Notes: a model not told the origin generated them from the letters alone. 63,867 nt of DNA, filler included, from Klebsormidium nitens (GCA_000708835.1; 5 parts of 5 records of this genome joined end to end with filler, not necessarily neighbours in it); one strand, 5' to 3'. Positions 9,934 to 22,656 are shown, counted from the whole stretch's first letter. Numbers and translations are program-made.

Positions 9934-12900
9934 CTATCTCTGCAATAGCCAAGCACGCGTTCCGCCCGTCCACACGGCCACCGCAATTGCAATGCTAAGC
10001 TTTCCGTCATCGACCCGCTTCAAAGAGCTATTGTACCCTCCGAGCAGCAAAGGCAGGATCACCATCAAGCTCTCAAGCCCCGAGTACCACCCCAGAGACC
10101 GGAACCCCTTGAGGAAGGAGTTGACCGACTCCACGGCGGACGTGTTCACCCAGTGCAAGGAGCTGTAGCTGTCCGGAGAATTCGTCGGGCCGCACTTGTG
10201 CACCTCCGAGCCGGCCTTTGAAAAGTGAAACCTGTTTATAAAAAGGTGCACATCAGTTTTCATGGCCACCATCACTTAGAGTACATACCTGATCATATTA
10301 TCTCAACAGTGTACATTAACCTGCAAATAGTGTACATTACCCCGCAAATAGTGTACATCACTCTGCAAACAATGTACATCACTCATAATTCCATCTAGAT
10401 TGAACACGGAATGTACACGAAATGTTGCACAACACACTGCAATGTAACCAGCATTTGTGGCTTTGCACAAGAGAGTCCACCGCAATCACCTCCCAGTGCT
10501 CACAAGCCATTCGAGCGTCATTGCAACATCAGACCAGTTGCCTACCTGTCAACCACGAAACGCACGTCTCTGAAGAACGCCGGCTCTCGCCGCATGGAGT
10601 AGTTGCGCAGCGCACATGCGTTGTCGTGCACCAGCACGTCGGGCAGGTCCTCTCGTCTCAGCCGCGTGAAGAGCACGACAAAGGCGTCCCTTGGGCTCTC
10701 GCCGCGTAGCATGATGTGGAAGCCGTAGATGATGCGATGCGGACAACAGAACACGAATGCTCCTCGAGTCCTCTTCGGCCGCTTGCTCCCACTCCCCTTC
10801 TTTCCCGAAAGCTTTCCGGCACCCTTGACGAGTCCGGGAACGTTCTCGGCGTCCCATTCGGTTACCGTCTTTCCCGTTGCGCATTTGAACTCCTCCGAGG
10901 TTCGGCTACGGCCGTCCGGATGCTCGAACGAGCTGTGCCACGGCACCCCCCGTCTCTGCTCCCAACCCGGAAGGGTGTAGCACGCCAACTCGTCTTGCTC
11001 CGCTCGAAAGCTGTGCTCGGTTTGCAGCGGGGGGCGCTCCTTTCCATTCTCGTCCCTCCCAAGTCGTTCCCTCAAAAGTATCCGCTCTGCCGCGCTCATC
11101 CGCCCCCACTGCTCGGGACTCGGCTCCAACCTCTCGACCCCTGGGAGCAGCTCGTTTGCCAGCCCTCGCACCTCCTCCAACTGCTGGCCCTCGTCGATGG
11201 TCAAGGGCCGCACTTTGCCCTCAAAGAGCAAAAAGACGGCTTGGTCGAACGGGTCGACCGCCTCGTGCACCCAGCCCCGCCGTCCCTCGGCCTCAAAACC
11301 CGTTGCACCCCGAGCAAAGAGAGCGAGGAGGTAGAGGTGGTAGAGCGTGCGCGTGAAGAAGGCCGGAAACGTGAGGCCCCCGTACGCGTCAAGGATGCGT
11401 CGCAAGATGGGCGCGTCCCTTGCCAAGTCCCGCCGGTCCTCGAGGGATGCGTCGCCGCCGAGCAGCAACCTCCGGACCACGTGCAACGCCCCGCTGCCAA
11501 TGAGGTCTTCGTCGGCGTCATGCGCGCCCAGAGAGTAGAGGAGCTCCGTCCACTCGCCGACCCAGTGCTCCCAAAGGTCTGGGCTCAACCCTCGCCTCTC
11601 AAAATCGGCTTGGACCCCGGTCAGCAACTCGAACACGGCCCGATTGCGATCGAGAACCATCGTTTGTTGTTCGTCTAGCATGCGCCGTCTGCCGTCTTCC
11701 GAAAGCGGCCCCTCCGCCTCCTCAGGACCCCCGAAGCGCTTTACGATCGTCGCGTCATCGTGGGCCAAACCGGCGAGGAGCGCTCCAAACTCCGCCCTTG
11801 ACAGCGGTTCCCCGACCTTCTCGTCCTTGGGACGGTGCCGCGACAGGCGCGCAATCGCCACTCGCAACTCGGGCTGCAACAGAAGCTTGCGCTTCATTCC
11901 GCCCCCCTCGAGGCCGGCTCCACAATAGTCGCGCCCCGAGATCGACCGCTTCTCGAGGAGCGCGCCGGACGCGTGCCGGCTCGGATGGGTGAACGTGCGG
12001 CGTGCGTCGAGCGAAGAGCTCCCCAGCCCCCCAGGCTTCTTCGCGCCGTCCGTGCTTGCCAACCCCACGATCCCATCGCAGAGGAGGATCTGCAGCCATC
12101 CAAGAAGGCTTTGTACATCATCAATAGATGTACACTAACGTCCAACCAATTGGTCACTACAGATGCCCTCGATCGTGTACATTAACATATATGTTGATAT
12201 ACACAATCACACGTCCAGATTCGTGTACATCATCACATATGATGAAGTGGGGGTATGGACGGCCACGCAATGTCTTTCACCTCTTGTGCTCCCAATGAAG
12301 AGCCATGGTTTGTGGAAGGAATGGGACAGCAAAGACGGCACGGACGCCAGAATCTCATGTCCAAGTTGCGCCAAAGTCCAGTGGGCCTCAAAACTCACCT
12401 TGGGATGAGGTCCGCACAACGAGCAGCAGTCTCGAAGGCCGAGGCCGACCAGCTTGAAGAAGTCGAGACTCGCACGGCGCCACGTCTCCTCGCTCAAGAC
12501 GGCAGCATCAGGCGACCATTGAAAGGCCGTCTGATGGGTCGCGAGCTCCGCCTTGAAGCTGTGCCCATGCTGCATCCCCCGCAAGAGCAGCTGAAGACTT
12601 TGTTGCACGAAGAGGGTCCGCCGGTTCCACGCGTACAGCCCAAGGTGCTCGCCGTCAAAGTGGATTGCGTGCGCCTCATCGAGGCATTGGCAGTGGTAGA
12701 TCCGCACCCGCACTCGCTGGCTCCATTGGGAGGCCGTCACGTCGGCCTCGGTCCACGCCTCTACCCAAGAACCGCCACACGCCGGCGACTCGAGGGGGCA
12801 GGGCGCGCTTAGGAGGCCCTTCTCCGACAGCTCGCGAAAGTGGCAATCCCTCAACTTGCTCACGGGAACGGGGCTGTCTAGCGAGGCCACCATGGGGTCG

Positions 12901-14335
12901 TGAACGGCGTGCGAGTCACTTGGCCGAGCGAGTTTGGGCCTTGTGACTTGGGCCGCTTCCGTGGTGAGCAGCTGGACGGGGGCTCGAACCCTCGAGGCCT
13001 TGCCGTGTGCACAACCCTCCCGCGCCAAGGACGCCACAGTGCAACTCGTGCACGCATCGACCCAACCTCTGATTGCCTCTTTCCCCCTCGCATCCGCTGG
13101 CGGTCGAGCGCCCCACCCTTCTTTCGGCGCCGGCTGAGAGCCTCGCTTGTGTGCCTCCCAGAAAGCCTTGTTGCGCCTCGCCCGTTTGCGAGGAGGCACG
13201 TGATCCTCCTCAGCCGCCTCCGCTCCCCTGGGCCTCGACTGCTCCTGGCATTCTTCACGTGTGCGGCGGCCTCGCCTTGCTCGCTTCCCTCCCCAAAGAG
13301 TCGATCATGCTGTCGACAAAAGCATGAGTCCCCCGCGCACGCCGCTCGCTCGTGGGGCCGCCGCTCCAGTAGCTCGATGAGGTACCGCTCCTCCTTCGAC
13401 AGCCCGTCATCATCTCTTTCTTGCGAGGGGGGTCCCACGGCGGGGGTTTTTCCAATCTTTGGCAACTCTCCGTTCCACGCCTCGAGCCAGTCCAGCGCAG
13501 CCTCCGACAGCGGCTCCAAGAGCCTCAGAACCATCTGGTCGGCAACTGGAAGGTCTCCCTCATTCCTCAGAGCTCCCTTTGCCGCCATGACGTGCGAGCA
13601 GTCGACGAGGCTTGGACACCCGTCGCGCTTCCCCTCGCAATACCAACCCCCCTTGCTGCTGCGAAAGACCATGCGCCTCTGAGGGCTTGGCGGTCTTTGG
13701 AGGTTGTCGGCCACCGCAAAGTAGCTCCCCGTCTCGTCGGAGCCAACCCGCTCCACCCTCGCCCCCCTGCCGAGCGACTCGTGGGTAGGAAGCTCCGCCG
13801 TCGAGGCCCAACTCTTGCTGAAGGCCGCCATCGCCAGCTTGTGGACGCAAGGCGCGTCGCCCATGAGCCGCCCCCGATCGCACGTACAGCAGAGCTCGCC
13901 GAGCGTGCTCCACCAGACCGTCTCTGGGAGCGCATGGATCTTGGATGGCTTCCCAAGCCCTTTTGGCCGGCCCTCCCCATTGTGATCCCATGCCGTCATG
14001 TAGAGCCTAAGCGGGGGGGATGCCGATCCCGTCGGCAAGAGGACGCGAACCGATTGCTCTGGAGCCGTCATCAGCACGAGGCAGCGCAACGCCTGCTCCT
14101 TGATGCCCCTCGCCAGAGGACTTGCTGCCCCCTGCAGCACAAGGTGGAAGCACCTCGTTCAGAAGGACCTCCTTGCCAATGTGAGGCAGCCGCAGGACGA
14201 TGGACCCCTTTGAATCAGTGTCTCTCGTTTCGAACAATCGAGACACCTTGTGGCCACACAACTCAGAGTCGTTGTGGAGCAACTTTAGCAGAACCTTGAA
14301 CTCTCTCCCATGTCGCTGTCGGCGACTCGCCCTTG
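9934..14335 (-). mobile_element. KDZ (Kyakuja-Dileera-Zisupton)-type DDE transposase gene with SWIM and CxC domains; spliced, with one apparent frameshift near 13200-13305; 5' end uncertain
   Basis: SWIM-like CTCDRGRLMGDAPCVH and a Cys-rich CxC region. Intron 12090-12398 joins CSLCGPHPK|ILLCDG (first D). Then FCCPHRIIYGF...GESP...VHDNAC (second D). Intron 10232-10545 joins VVDR|FHFSKAGSEVHKC. NTSAVESVNSFL supplies the E. Confidence 0.85.
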
Positions 14336-14464
14336 CTATATAGCACCGATGGCAGCGCGCGCGAGCTGAGCAGAATGAGATTGATGCACACATTTTTGTT
14401 GTGACTCTTATCAAGAAAAAGTGTTTGGGAGCTCACCTCAGTGCTCGTCTCCTCCACAGCTCCG

Positions 14465-14890
14465 AAAGTACTTACTTCCCGACACAGCATCCAGTAAATC
14501 GTCAATCCTGGGGATCGTACAACGATTCTTTACTGTAATGCTATTTAACGCTCTGTAATCGACACACAGTCGAAGTCCTCTGCCATTTGGCTTTGGAACA
14601 AAGAGCACAGGTGCACCGTACGGAGACGTAGAAGGCTCCAGAATTCCATCACTCAGGAATTTAGTGACCTGTTTTTCCAACTCGCGATATTCCAAAGGAG
14701 ATAACCGATACATCGACCTAAAAGAAGGTGGATGACCTGGCTCCGTAGGAATCGAATGCCCCTCAGATCTGACAGGTGGCAAACCAACCGGAAAAGGATC
14801 CTTGAACACGTCAGAATACTCAGTCAACATTCCAGCAACCCAAGAAATATCACTTCCTGGTGCTTGTTGAACAGACGGTTGCGCGAATTC
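14465..14890 (-). pseudogene. Ty3/gypsy reverse transcriptase N-terminal fragment, 3'-truncated and cut by the contig end
   Basis: YSDVF...LPP...YRLSPLEYRELEKQV...STSPYGAPVLFVPKP...LRLCVDYRALNSITVKN...PRIDDLLD; homology stops abruptly after SKYF. Confidence 0.93.
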
Positions 14891-14990
14891 NNNNNNNNNN
14901 NNNNNNNNNNNNNNNNNNNNNNNNNNNNNNNNNNTTAATTAATTAANNNNNNNNNNNNNNNNNNNNNNNNNNNNNNNNNNNNNNNNNNNN
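14891..14990. other. Artificial contig linker (44N-TTAATTAATTAA-44N)
   Basis: Identical 100-bp structure at all four joins; TTAATTAATTAA places stop codons in all six frames. Confidence 0.97.
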
Positions 14991-17900
14991 CGGGGTCGCC
15001 GGTGGCAGGCAGGTCGGCCGTGGTGACGCTGAGCGCCTGCCGCGGGGCTGCGCTCCAGGCGGGCGGCGCCGCCAGGCTCCCAGGCTCCTGCTTGGCGGCC
15101 AGCAGGCGGCACGTTGCGGCGGTGCGCGCCCCGGCGGGGCGGCCCCTCTCCCGCTTGCGCGTCGAGACCTCGTCCTCGCTGCCCCAGCCGCCGCTGCGCT
15201 GGCGCGCAAGGGGCCGCGGCTGCGTGGCGCTGCGCCGCTCCATCTCCTCGTCGATGGCCTGCATCGCCTTCCAGCGCTGCACCAGCTGCAGGTGCGGCGC
15301 CAGCTCGCCCGGCCCCTCTCCCGCCTTGCCCTCTGCGCCCGGCGCGCTTGACGCTGCGGCTGCAGGGGCGGGGGTGGCGCTGCGCGGCCCGTCCGCTTCC
15401 AGCCAGAGGAGCCAGCGGTCCGCCGGCTCGGGCTCGCCCACCGACTCGCCGGAGCCTTCCTGCATCAGGCCCTCCCAGTCGCCGGTCTGCGCCGGGTCCA
15501 CCTTGACGCGCGACGCCGCTTCGCTGCTCGGGGCGGCCTCGCCGCTCACCAGCGTGCTCGCCGAAGCTACTGGGTGCGCTGAGGGGTCGGGGCGGGCCGG
15601 TGGAGCTCGCGCGGCGGCGGCCCCTTGCAGGAGCCACAGGTGGTGCTCGGCCTGGATGCGCTGGTGCTCCTCCCAGCGCCACGTGTCCAGCTGGCGCAGC
15701 CGCAACAGGTCCGCATCAGCAGCGGCCTGCACGGAGGGGAGACGGCTCAGACGAAGAACCTCGGTCGAAGGGGAAAGGTTGGACTGGCACTGCAGGCCGG
15801 CAGCACAAGGGGTTGCACAAGGCTAATCTGCTAGCACACCCGTCACCAGGTGGAGATGAGGTGATTCCACGTGTATGCAGATAGGAGCAGCTCGACTGGG
15901 AGGAGGAGTCACATGGAGACCGAGTGTTTGTGAGAACGGGGCACCTGTGGGCTCTGAATGGTGGCCACAAAACGAGTCAACCAGGAGGGGAAGCCTGCAC
16001 GAGGCGTAAGCTCCCTTGCGCAGCTGGTTCTGCTCGGGCAGCAGCATCTCACGCGACATACCTGGGGTGGCAGCGGCACGGCCAATGGCCAGGGGGAAGG
16101 GACGGCGGGCGAGGGGAGGGCCATGGGCGGGGGGGACTGGGAGGGCCGCCCCAGCGCAGTGAGCGTGGACGAGGGGGCGGCGGACGTGGTCGGGCTCTGC
16201 AACGAGGAGAGGCGCACAGGCAAGGATGAGGCACGCGGCGGAGGGGGGACAGGGAGGGCACAGGAGTGGGCACCAGAGGCATTGGGGGTATATGCGGGAG
16301 GGGGTGGAGCAGGATGGGATGCTGGATAGAGGCGAGGCAGGGAGGCGCCACTGACCGGCTCCTGCGGCGCGGCCTGGGCGGTGCGCAGGGAGTGGATGAA
16401 GCGCTCCAGGACGTCGGGCTTGTCCTTCCACACCTTGCTGCCGCCGCGCAGCCGCTGCTCCAGCGTGTACTGCAAACAGATAGCAAGAGACGGGCCTGAG
16501 CCAGGGGGAGGGAGGGGGGCGGACTGTGGTCACCCAGGGGAACGATGGAGGCGGACTTTGCCAGGAACAAGCCAGACGTTTGGGCAGCTCACACCTGCTA
16601 AAGCTCGGACCTTGAGACAAATGGTTGTTGCTCCTATCCATCTCTGAGCTGGGCACATGAGGAGCACCGTGCACATGACCTGCTAGCATGATCGCAGGGC
16701 CCAATGCATGAGCTCGAGTACCTTGTGCATCTCCTCAACAGCCAATCATGTCGCTGCCCTACTGATCAGAACTGAGATCCTCAAAGTCAATGAGGATGAG
16801 CCAAGCCACACTTCTGACATCTGTTGCAGCATGTTGAAAGCCCTCAGCATAACCAAAAGACGAACTCTCCGCCTTCAGAAGAGCGGGCCAGTATCCCTCT
16901 TCGGCTANNNNNNNNNNNNNNNNNNNNNNNNNNNNNNNNNNNNNNNNNNNNNNNNNNNNNNNNNNNNNNNNNNNNNNNNNNNNNNNNNNNNNNNNNNNNN
17001 NNNNNNNNNNNNNNNNNNNNNNNNNNNNNNNNNNNNNNNNNNNNNNNNNNNNNNNNNNNNNNNNNNNNNNNNNNNNNNNNNNNNNNNNNNNNNNNNNNNN
17101 NNNNNNNNNNNNNNNNNNNNNNNNNNNNNNNNNNNNNNNNNNNNNNNNNNNNNNNNNNNNNNNNNNNNNNNNNNNNNNNNNNNNNNNNNNNNNNNNNNNN
17201 NNNNNNNNNNNNNNNNNNNNNNNNNNNNNNNNNNNNNNNNNNNNNNNNNNNNNNNNNNNNNNNNNNNNNNNNNNNNNNNNNNNNNNNNNNNNNNNNNNNN
17301 NNNNNNNNNNNNNNNNNNNNNNNNNNNNNNNNNNNNNNNNNNNNNNNNNNNNNNNNNNNNNNNNNNNNNNNNNNNNNNNNNNNNNNNNNNNNCAGAAGAG
17401 CGGGCCAGTATCCCTCTTCGGCTATCCCACCAGCCATGCCGCCTTGCCCTCACTGAGTGCACAGCTGCGTACCTTGCGCTTGCCGATGGCATTCCAGTGG
17501 TTCTTGATGGCATTGTCCGTCCGCCCTGGCAGCACCTTGGCAATTTGCGACCTGCACACACCCACACCCACCGCCACACTCAGCGCAGGAAGGCACAGCG
17601 GGGCAGCCGAGGGGCCCCCTGACACTGAGCAGGCAGGTTGTGCGGCTGGCAAGCAGGTAAGGCGTCCCGTAGGACATGCATGGAGGGATGGGGGGGCACT
17701 CACCACTTGGGGCCGTGCTGGGAGTAGGCGGCGGCCAGCTGCGCCTCCTCTTCGGCAGACCAGGGGTCCTGGCAGAGTGCAAAGGTCGAGGGATGAGACA
17801 CACTAGTCCATAGATGGAACAAAGCAGGGGAGGTCAGCGCGGCAGGATTGGATTAAGGAGTTTTTCCTAGTGGGCTGTAACGACAAGCGCATGCAGCATC

Positions 17901-18810
17901 GCATTGCCGCAACTCGAATCAGGCATTGTCTGTCAGGGCAGAGTGCATGGGAGGGAACAAGCCCACAACACGATTCAAACTTTACCAGAGGGCATGCATG
18001 AAGCAGCAAAAAAGCATCTCGCAATTGTGACAACAGGCTGGGCAGCAGGGAGACCGAGCCGGGACTGGCCTTCCAAGCACACAGTGAGGCTTGTCAGCGG
18101 GTGTGCGCTGACCTTGTTGACGTCGGGGGCGAGGTGGTTGTGCCAGCGCTCGCGGCACTGCTTGGCCACGCGGCCGGTCAGGTGCTGCGCCTTGGCCTTC
18201 CAGTTCTTGGCACCGCCCTGCGCCACCAGCCGCAGCAGCAGCGCGTCCTCCTCCTGCACCGCACCCCCGCACAGCGCACCGCGTCAGCACACGCACGCCG
18301 CAACTGCAGCTGTGCAGGCCAGACCACAGCAGGGACAATGGCACGGCAGCTACTCAACTCAGCGGCCTGTCCACAGCCCACTCCATGCTCCAGTAGCTGC
18401 CAGCTGGCATGCGTGCGTGCCCGCCGCCTCACCTGGCTCCACTGCCCCTTCACCTGAGGCTGGTATGCTGCCCCCCCCCACAGCGGCAGCCCCAGCTCCG
18501 GGGCGGGCCACGGCGGCAGCGGCCCTGCCGCCGCGTGCTGGCTCAGGTCCTGCCAGGGGCCCTTGTCCCCCTCGCGGAACTCGCGGGACTCGGGCGAGCA
18601 CGAGGTGGCCTCTCGGGGAGGGCCCCGGGGCCAGCCGCGTGGGAGGGGGGGCAGCGGGGGCACATTGGTGGGCCACTCGGGCAAGCTGGAGTGCGCGCCA
18701 GTGCTGGTGCACGCGCTGGCGGCGGGGTTGGACGAGGGGCAGCAGGGGGGCGCAGGTGACAGCACAGGCGGGACAGGCAGCGGGGACACGGGAGGCGGGG
18801 GAGGGGTCAT
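14991..18810 (-). CDS. Two-repeat (R2R3-like) MYB transcription factor, multi-exon, 3' end cut by the contig end
   Basis: Exons 18810-18433, 18253-18113, 17768-17704, 17551-17473, 16469-16356, 16196-16062 and 15726-14991. They give VKGQWSQ|[10 protein letters not shown]...NWK...[21 protein letters not shown]|DPWSAEEE...GPKW|[20 protein letters not shown] with canonical GT-AG sites. The start codon and downstream exons are less certain. Confidence 0.88.
16908..17392. other. Scaffold gap (485 N) flanked by an identical 32-mer
   Basis: CAGAAGAGCGGGCCAGTATCCCTCTTCGGCTA at 16876-16907 and 17393-17424. Confidence 0.9.
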
Positions 18811-21800
18811 GGTGGGACTCAGGGGACACTCCTGCAGCGGGCAATGGACGCGGGTGTCAGCAACAGGGGGAGACGGGGGATGCAAGACCACACACATCTC
18901 CACGTGATCCCATTTCCGCGTGCAGCCAAGGCTGCAAGTCTGCCCTCCGGAGGGGTGTTACTGCCCCCCAGCCTGGTGCACGGCTGCAAGGAGCCCCCGG
19001 GCACACGCGAGAGGGTCCACTTGTCCACTGCGCAGCACTCACCCTCAGTACATGGTCTTTCTCATGGCCGCATTGGAACTTTGCGCTATGAGGCTCCCTG
19101 AGCCAGCAACTGCACTGCACACGAGTGGCCACACGCAGCGTCCTGCTCCCTTCGCCTGCACGAAGTGTGCCACTAATGCCCCTAAGCTAGCGCGTGGCGC
19201 ACTGCTGCGTCATGTGCAACTTCACTGGTCTTGATATGTTCCGTGCTGTAGCTCTGCTACAATCTGCTACAGCTTCGAGAAAATCCAAATAAACCCACTG
19301 TGATTGACACAGATCTCTGTTCCAATTGTTCCTTGGGATGTTCCTTATCAACCTTCGGATCTAATTCCTGCATTGTACAGCCAGCTGGGCCCCAAAGCCC
19401 CCACCCCAGCTCCTTGGATGCAGGCGGTCAACACCTGAACCGTAGGCCGCGGTGCAATAGCAACACGTTAGCAGAAAGCATCCGCTGTGGTTAGGCCAGG
19501 GACACAGACTGCCGCATGTCTAAGCCACAAAGCAGCATCAATCCACCTGTAAGATAGCACCACTGTTGGAGCCTGCTCCAACCCAACCCTTGCCCCGACA
19601 CAAGCACCTACTACACACCTGCTAGAGTCTTGAAAGGCGGGTAGGACAATGGAAGCCTGTGGCTCTCAAACTCATCTCCTCATCAAACCTCCACTCTGAG
19701 AGCAATATCTGACAGATACTACGGTATGCACTCTGCCGTGGGCTCCCCCTATGAGCTGGCTCCTCCGCTGTTTCCGTGCCCAGTGGGCTCGCATCGGCAG
19801 CACATGCAGGCCAGGATTCGGCACACCAACACATCGTTCACGCGCTGGTTTCCGAATTAGGTAGTTCGTCATTTCATTCCCATTCAAAGCACTGGATCGC
19901 GGCGGAAAAGAAGGTGGAAGCCGGCTATATGCGGTTAGTAACATAACTCGAGTACGATACCCTGCATTCGCAAATAGCACGCGTAGGCAGTTCTGCGTTA
20001 ACCCACAGTTATGTCAGCCAGGATATATCCCTGTGAGTACGTTGTGATTTTCCACGTACAAGAAAATGAAATGCATGGTACGCGTGATCAAGGTGCCGCC
20101 ATCAGCTGCCCACTGCCCTGGCAACTCTCGTATGAGGCGTGACACGGCCCACGGGCTCGTGAGTCGTGACACCTTTGCCCGGACGATGGGTGGGCACTGG
20201 GGTAGGACTAGGTACCGGTACTTCCTACGGTAGGTGGTTAATATTGGGTCGCCTGGAGCACGGAGCGCTGTCGTTACGTTTCGGTTAGGTTTTCGGTTTT
20301 ATATGTGCCCGGGGAAGCTCGAATGTTCGGTCACACGCCCGTTATAACGGGCGCAAACTTCGATCCTTCAGGTGTCACGCGAAAATTCCCAATCATTCTG
20401 TCCGCTGCCCGTGCAGAGTGACTAGGTACCTACCTACCTATTACGGTAAAGTGGGCACGCAATTCTACCGTATACGCTATACGGTAGGTACATACCTACT
20501 ACATACCTATGCGTAGCGCAGGTGGCAGGTACCGTCGTATCCAGAGTCGCAATGGTGTACCGGTAGCAGTGGGAAAAATGATACCTAGGTACCGGTGTCA
20601 GCACCCGTGGCCCGTGGGAGGAGAAAATGGCCGAGTCGGACCATGGTAGGTATATTGTACGGTGGATGGACCATATTGGACCCCCTACAGTGCAGTATGC
20701 ACATAATATCTACGTTGCGCGCGCGCCTGTAAAGACTGCTAATACTCTCCTGGTCACCCGGTCGCTTGTCTTTGATGTACCTACTCATAGCCTCACGTCT
20801 GCGCCTCGGTGAGGATTCCGTTTTGGTCGGTCAACAGCAATAATAGGTACCGGCCTGCATGAACGATGCGGTATGATGCTCGCGGCAGCCCTCCGAAGCT
20901 CGCGCACTGATTGCCAGCCAACAATGAGAGGTAGTAGGGGGTCAAACATTGGCAGTGGGGGACCGGGGGTCCAGACTTCAGAGTCCACCGTCCACGACTC
21001 CACGCGTTCGGAGTCCTTCAGGCTTCCAAGTTCCAATGTCCATGCTTGCACGGTTTCAGGTTTTGTCAGACAGTAGTGCGACAGTGACGCGTCAGCAACT
21101 TGCGGGATAACCGATCTATTATGACACCTATTATTTGCTAAATGATATAGGTACCTGTACCTGGATACCGTGCACACAAGTACCGTAAAATGAATGCACT
21201 GCGCACTGAAACTTGAGTAAGGTACCGATGGGCACGAAGTTGAACGACTCACAGCTCAGGGCAGTCAGATTTTAAGAAGTTAATTTTACGGGTACGGTAC
21301 GTACAGGACCCTCGTACACGAACTCGGATCAGAAGTTCAAAACCTACGATTTGGAGGTTGAGTACGGTAGCGTTACGGTAGTTAGTGCTCCCAACAATGC
21401 CGTACGGTACGGTCGACTTTCAAGGTCGAAACTTCGAAAGCCCTGGGCGGCTGGGCCCGGGCGGCAGAGTGCCCCCCGGGCTAAACGCCGTAGGTACTGC
21501 CAAGTTTCTGGGCCACCATAACCTCGAGGCTACGATACGAGGTACCGTACTGCCATTGTTATTCGCCCCCCAAGCTCGCGAATAATTATTTTCAAAGTTT
21601 TTAACATTTCGCTCCGGCCAGGTGAATTTATTTTTATTTTCGTTATTGCAATTTTGCCTGCTAAAATAGCTGTTTTGGGCCCAGAAAATCCGGTTTATTC
21701 ATGTCAATCTTTCGCACCGGGCAGCAAATAATTTCTGGAAATTTTCGCCGAGGCTGAAAATAATTATTTTTAGGCGAATTCACAATGGGAGTACGGTAGG

Positions 21801-22536
21801 TGACTCCCGGCTGCATAGGACCTAGCGAAGGCGCAGCCCCGATGCTCAGAGGCAAGCCTCACGACAACGAGACGAGCCGTACACCGCTGTTCAATTATCA
21901 TCTAGATTCAAATCCCGAAGGAGTAGTGCCAAATTTTCGGGATACGAATCTCAATGACCGCCGTAATACCGTATGCTCCAGTGACCACTGGTCCCAGTGC
22001 CTACCCGTGCCTACCCGTGCCTACCGGTGCGACTGCAGAACTAAATATATGTCCCCGATCAGACTCAGAACACGGGCCCCGGGCCCCGGGGCCATGTAAA
22101 GTTTAAGTTGCGTACGGTTAAACAATGTAATAATGTTATAACACACTCGGTGGCAGACCTCTGACCGACTACAGTTTCCACTACCGGTATGTAGGTATAC
22201 GGTATACCTATTCAAAATCGGCAGGTTGCTCGGGAGAAGCAACAAAACGATAAACCTGGTATACGCGGGTAACTTGTTGCTTGACCCAATCGGTGCCACT
22301 GGCCAGGCTATCGAGTAACCTACCAGGCAGGAACTAGGTAGCACCTACCTGGTATGATGATGATATTACCTAGGTAGTACCTACCACTGTAGGTGGGCAC
22401 TGGGCAGAACAGTTGCAACTTGCAACTTGCGGCACGAATCTTCAAAAAGATCCAGGTGTCATCATTGCTCTGAAAATCAAAACTTGAGGTACTGCCAACC
22501 AATCACATCGCTGATAAAGATCGGGCGGCAGTTCAG

Positions 22537-22636
22537 NNNNNNNNNNNNNNNNNNNNNNNNNNNNNNNNNNNNNNNNNNNNTTAATTAATTAANNNNNNNN
22601 NNNNNNNNNNNNNNNNNNNNNNNNNNNNNNNNNNNN
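22537..22636. other. Artificial contig linker
   Basis: 44N-TTAATTAATTAA-44N. Confidence 0.97.
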
Positions 22637-22656
22637 TAAGTCTAATTTTCCAAAGT

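Noticed and set aside
10549-16704. Many overlapping antisense or alternative-frame ORFs over the KDZ and MYB genes
   Set aside because: Shadow ORFs of GC-rich coding sequence, with Arg/Ala/Pro-rich low-information translations.
16708-17622. Long ORFs in the track that span N runs
   Set aside because: Artefacts of translating Ns.
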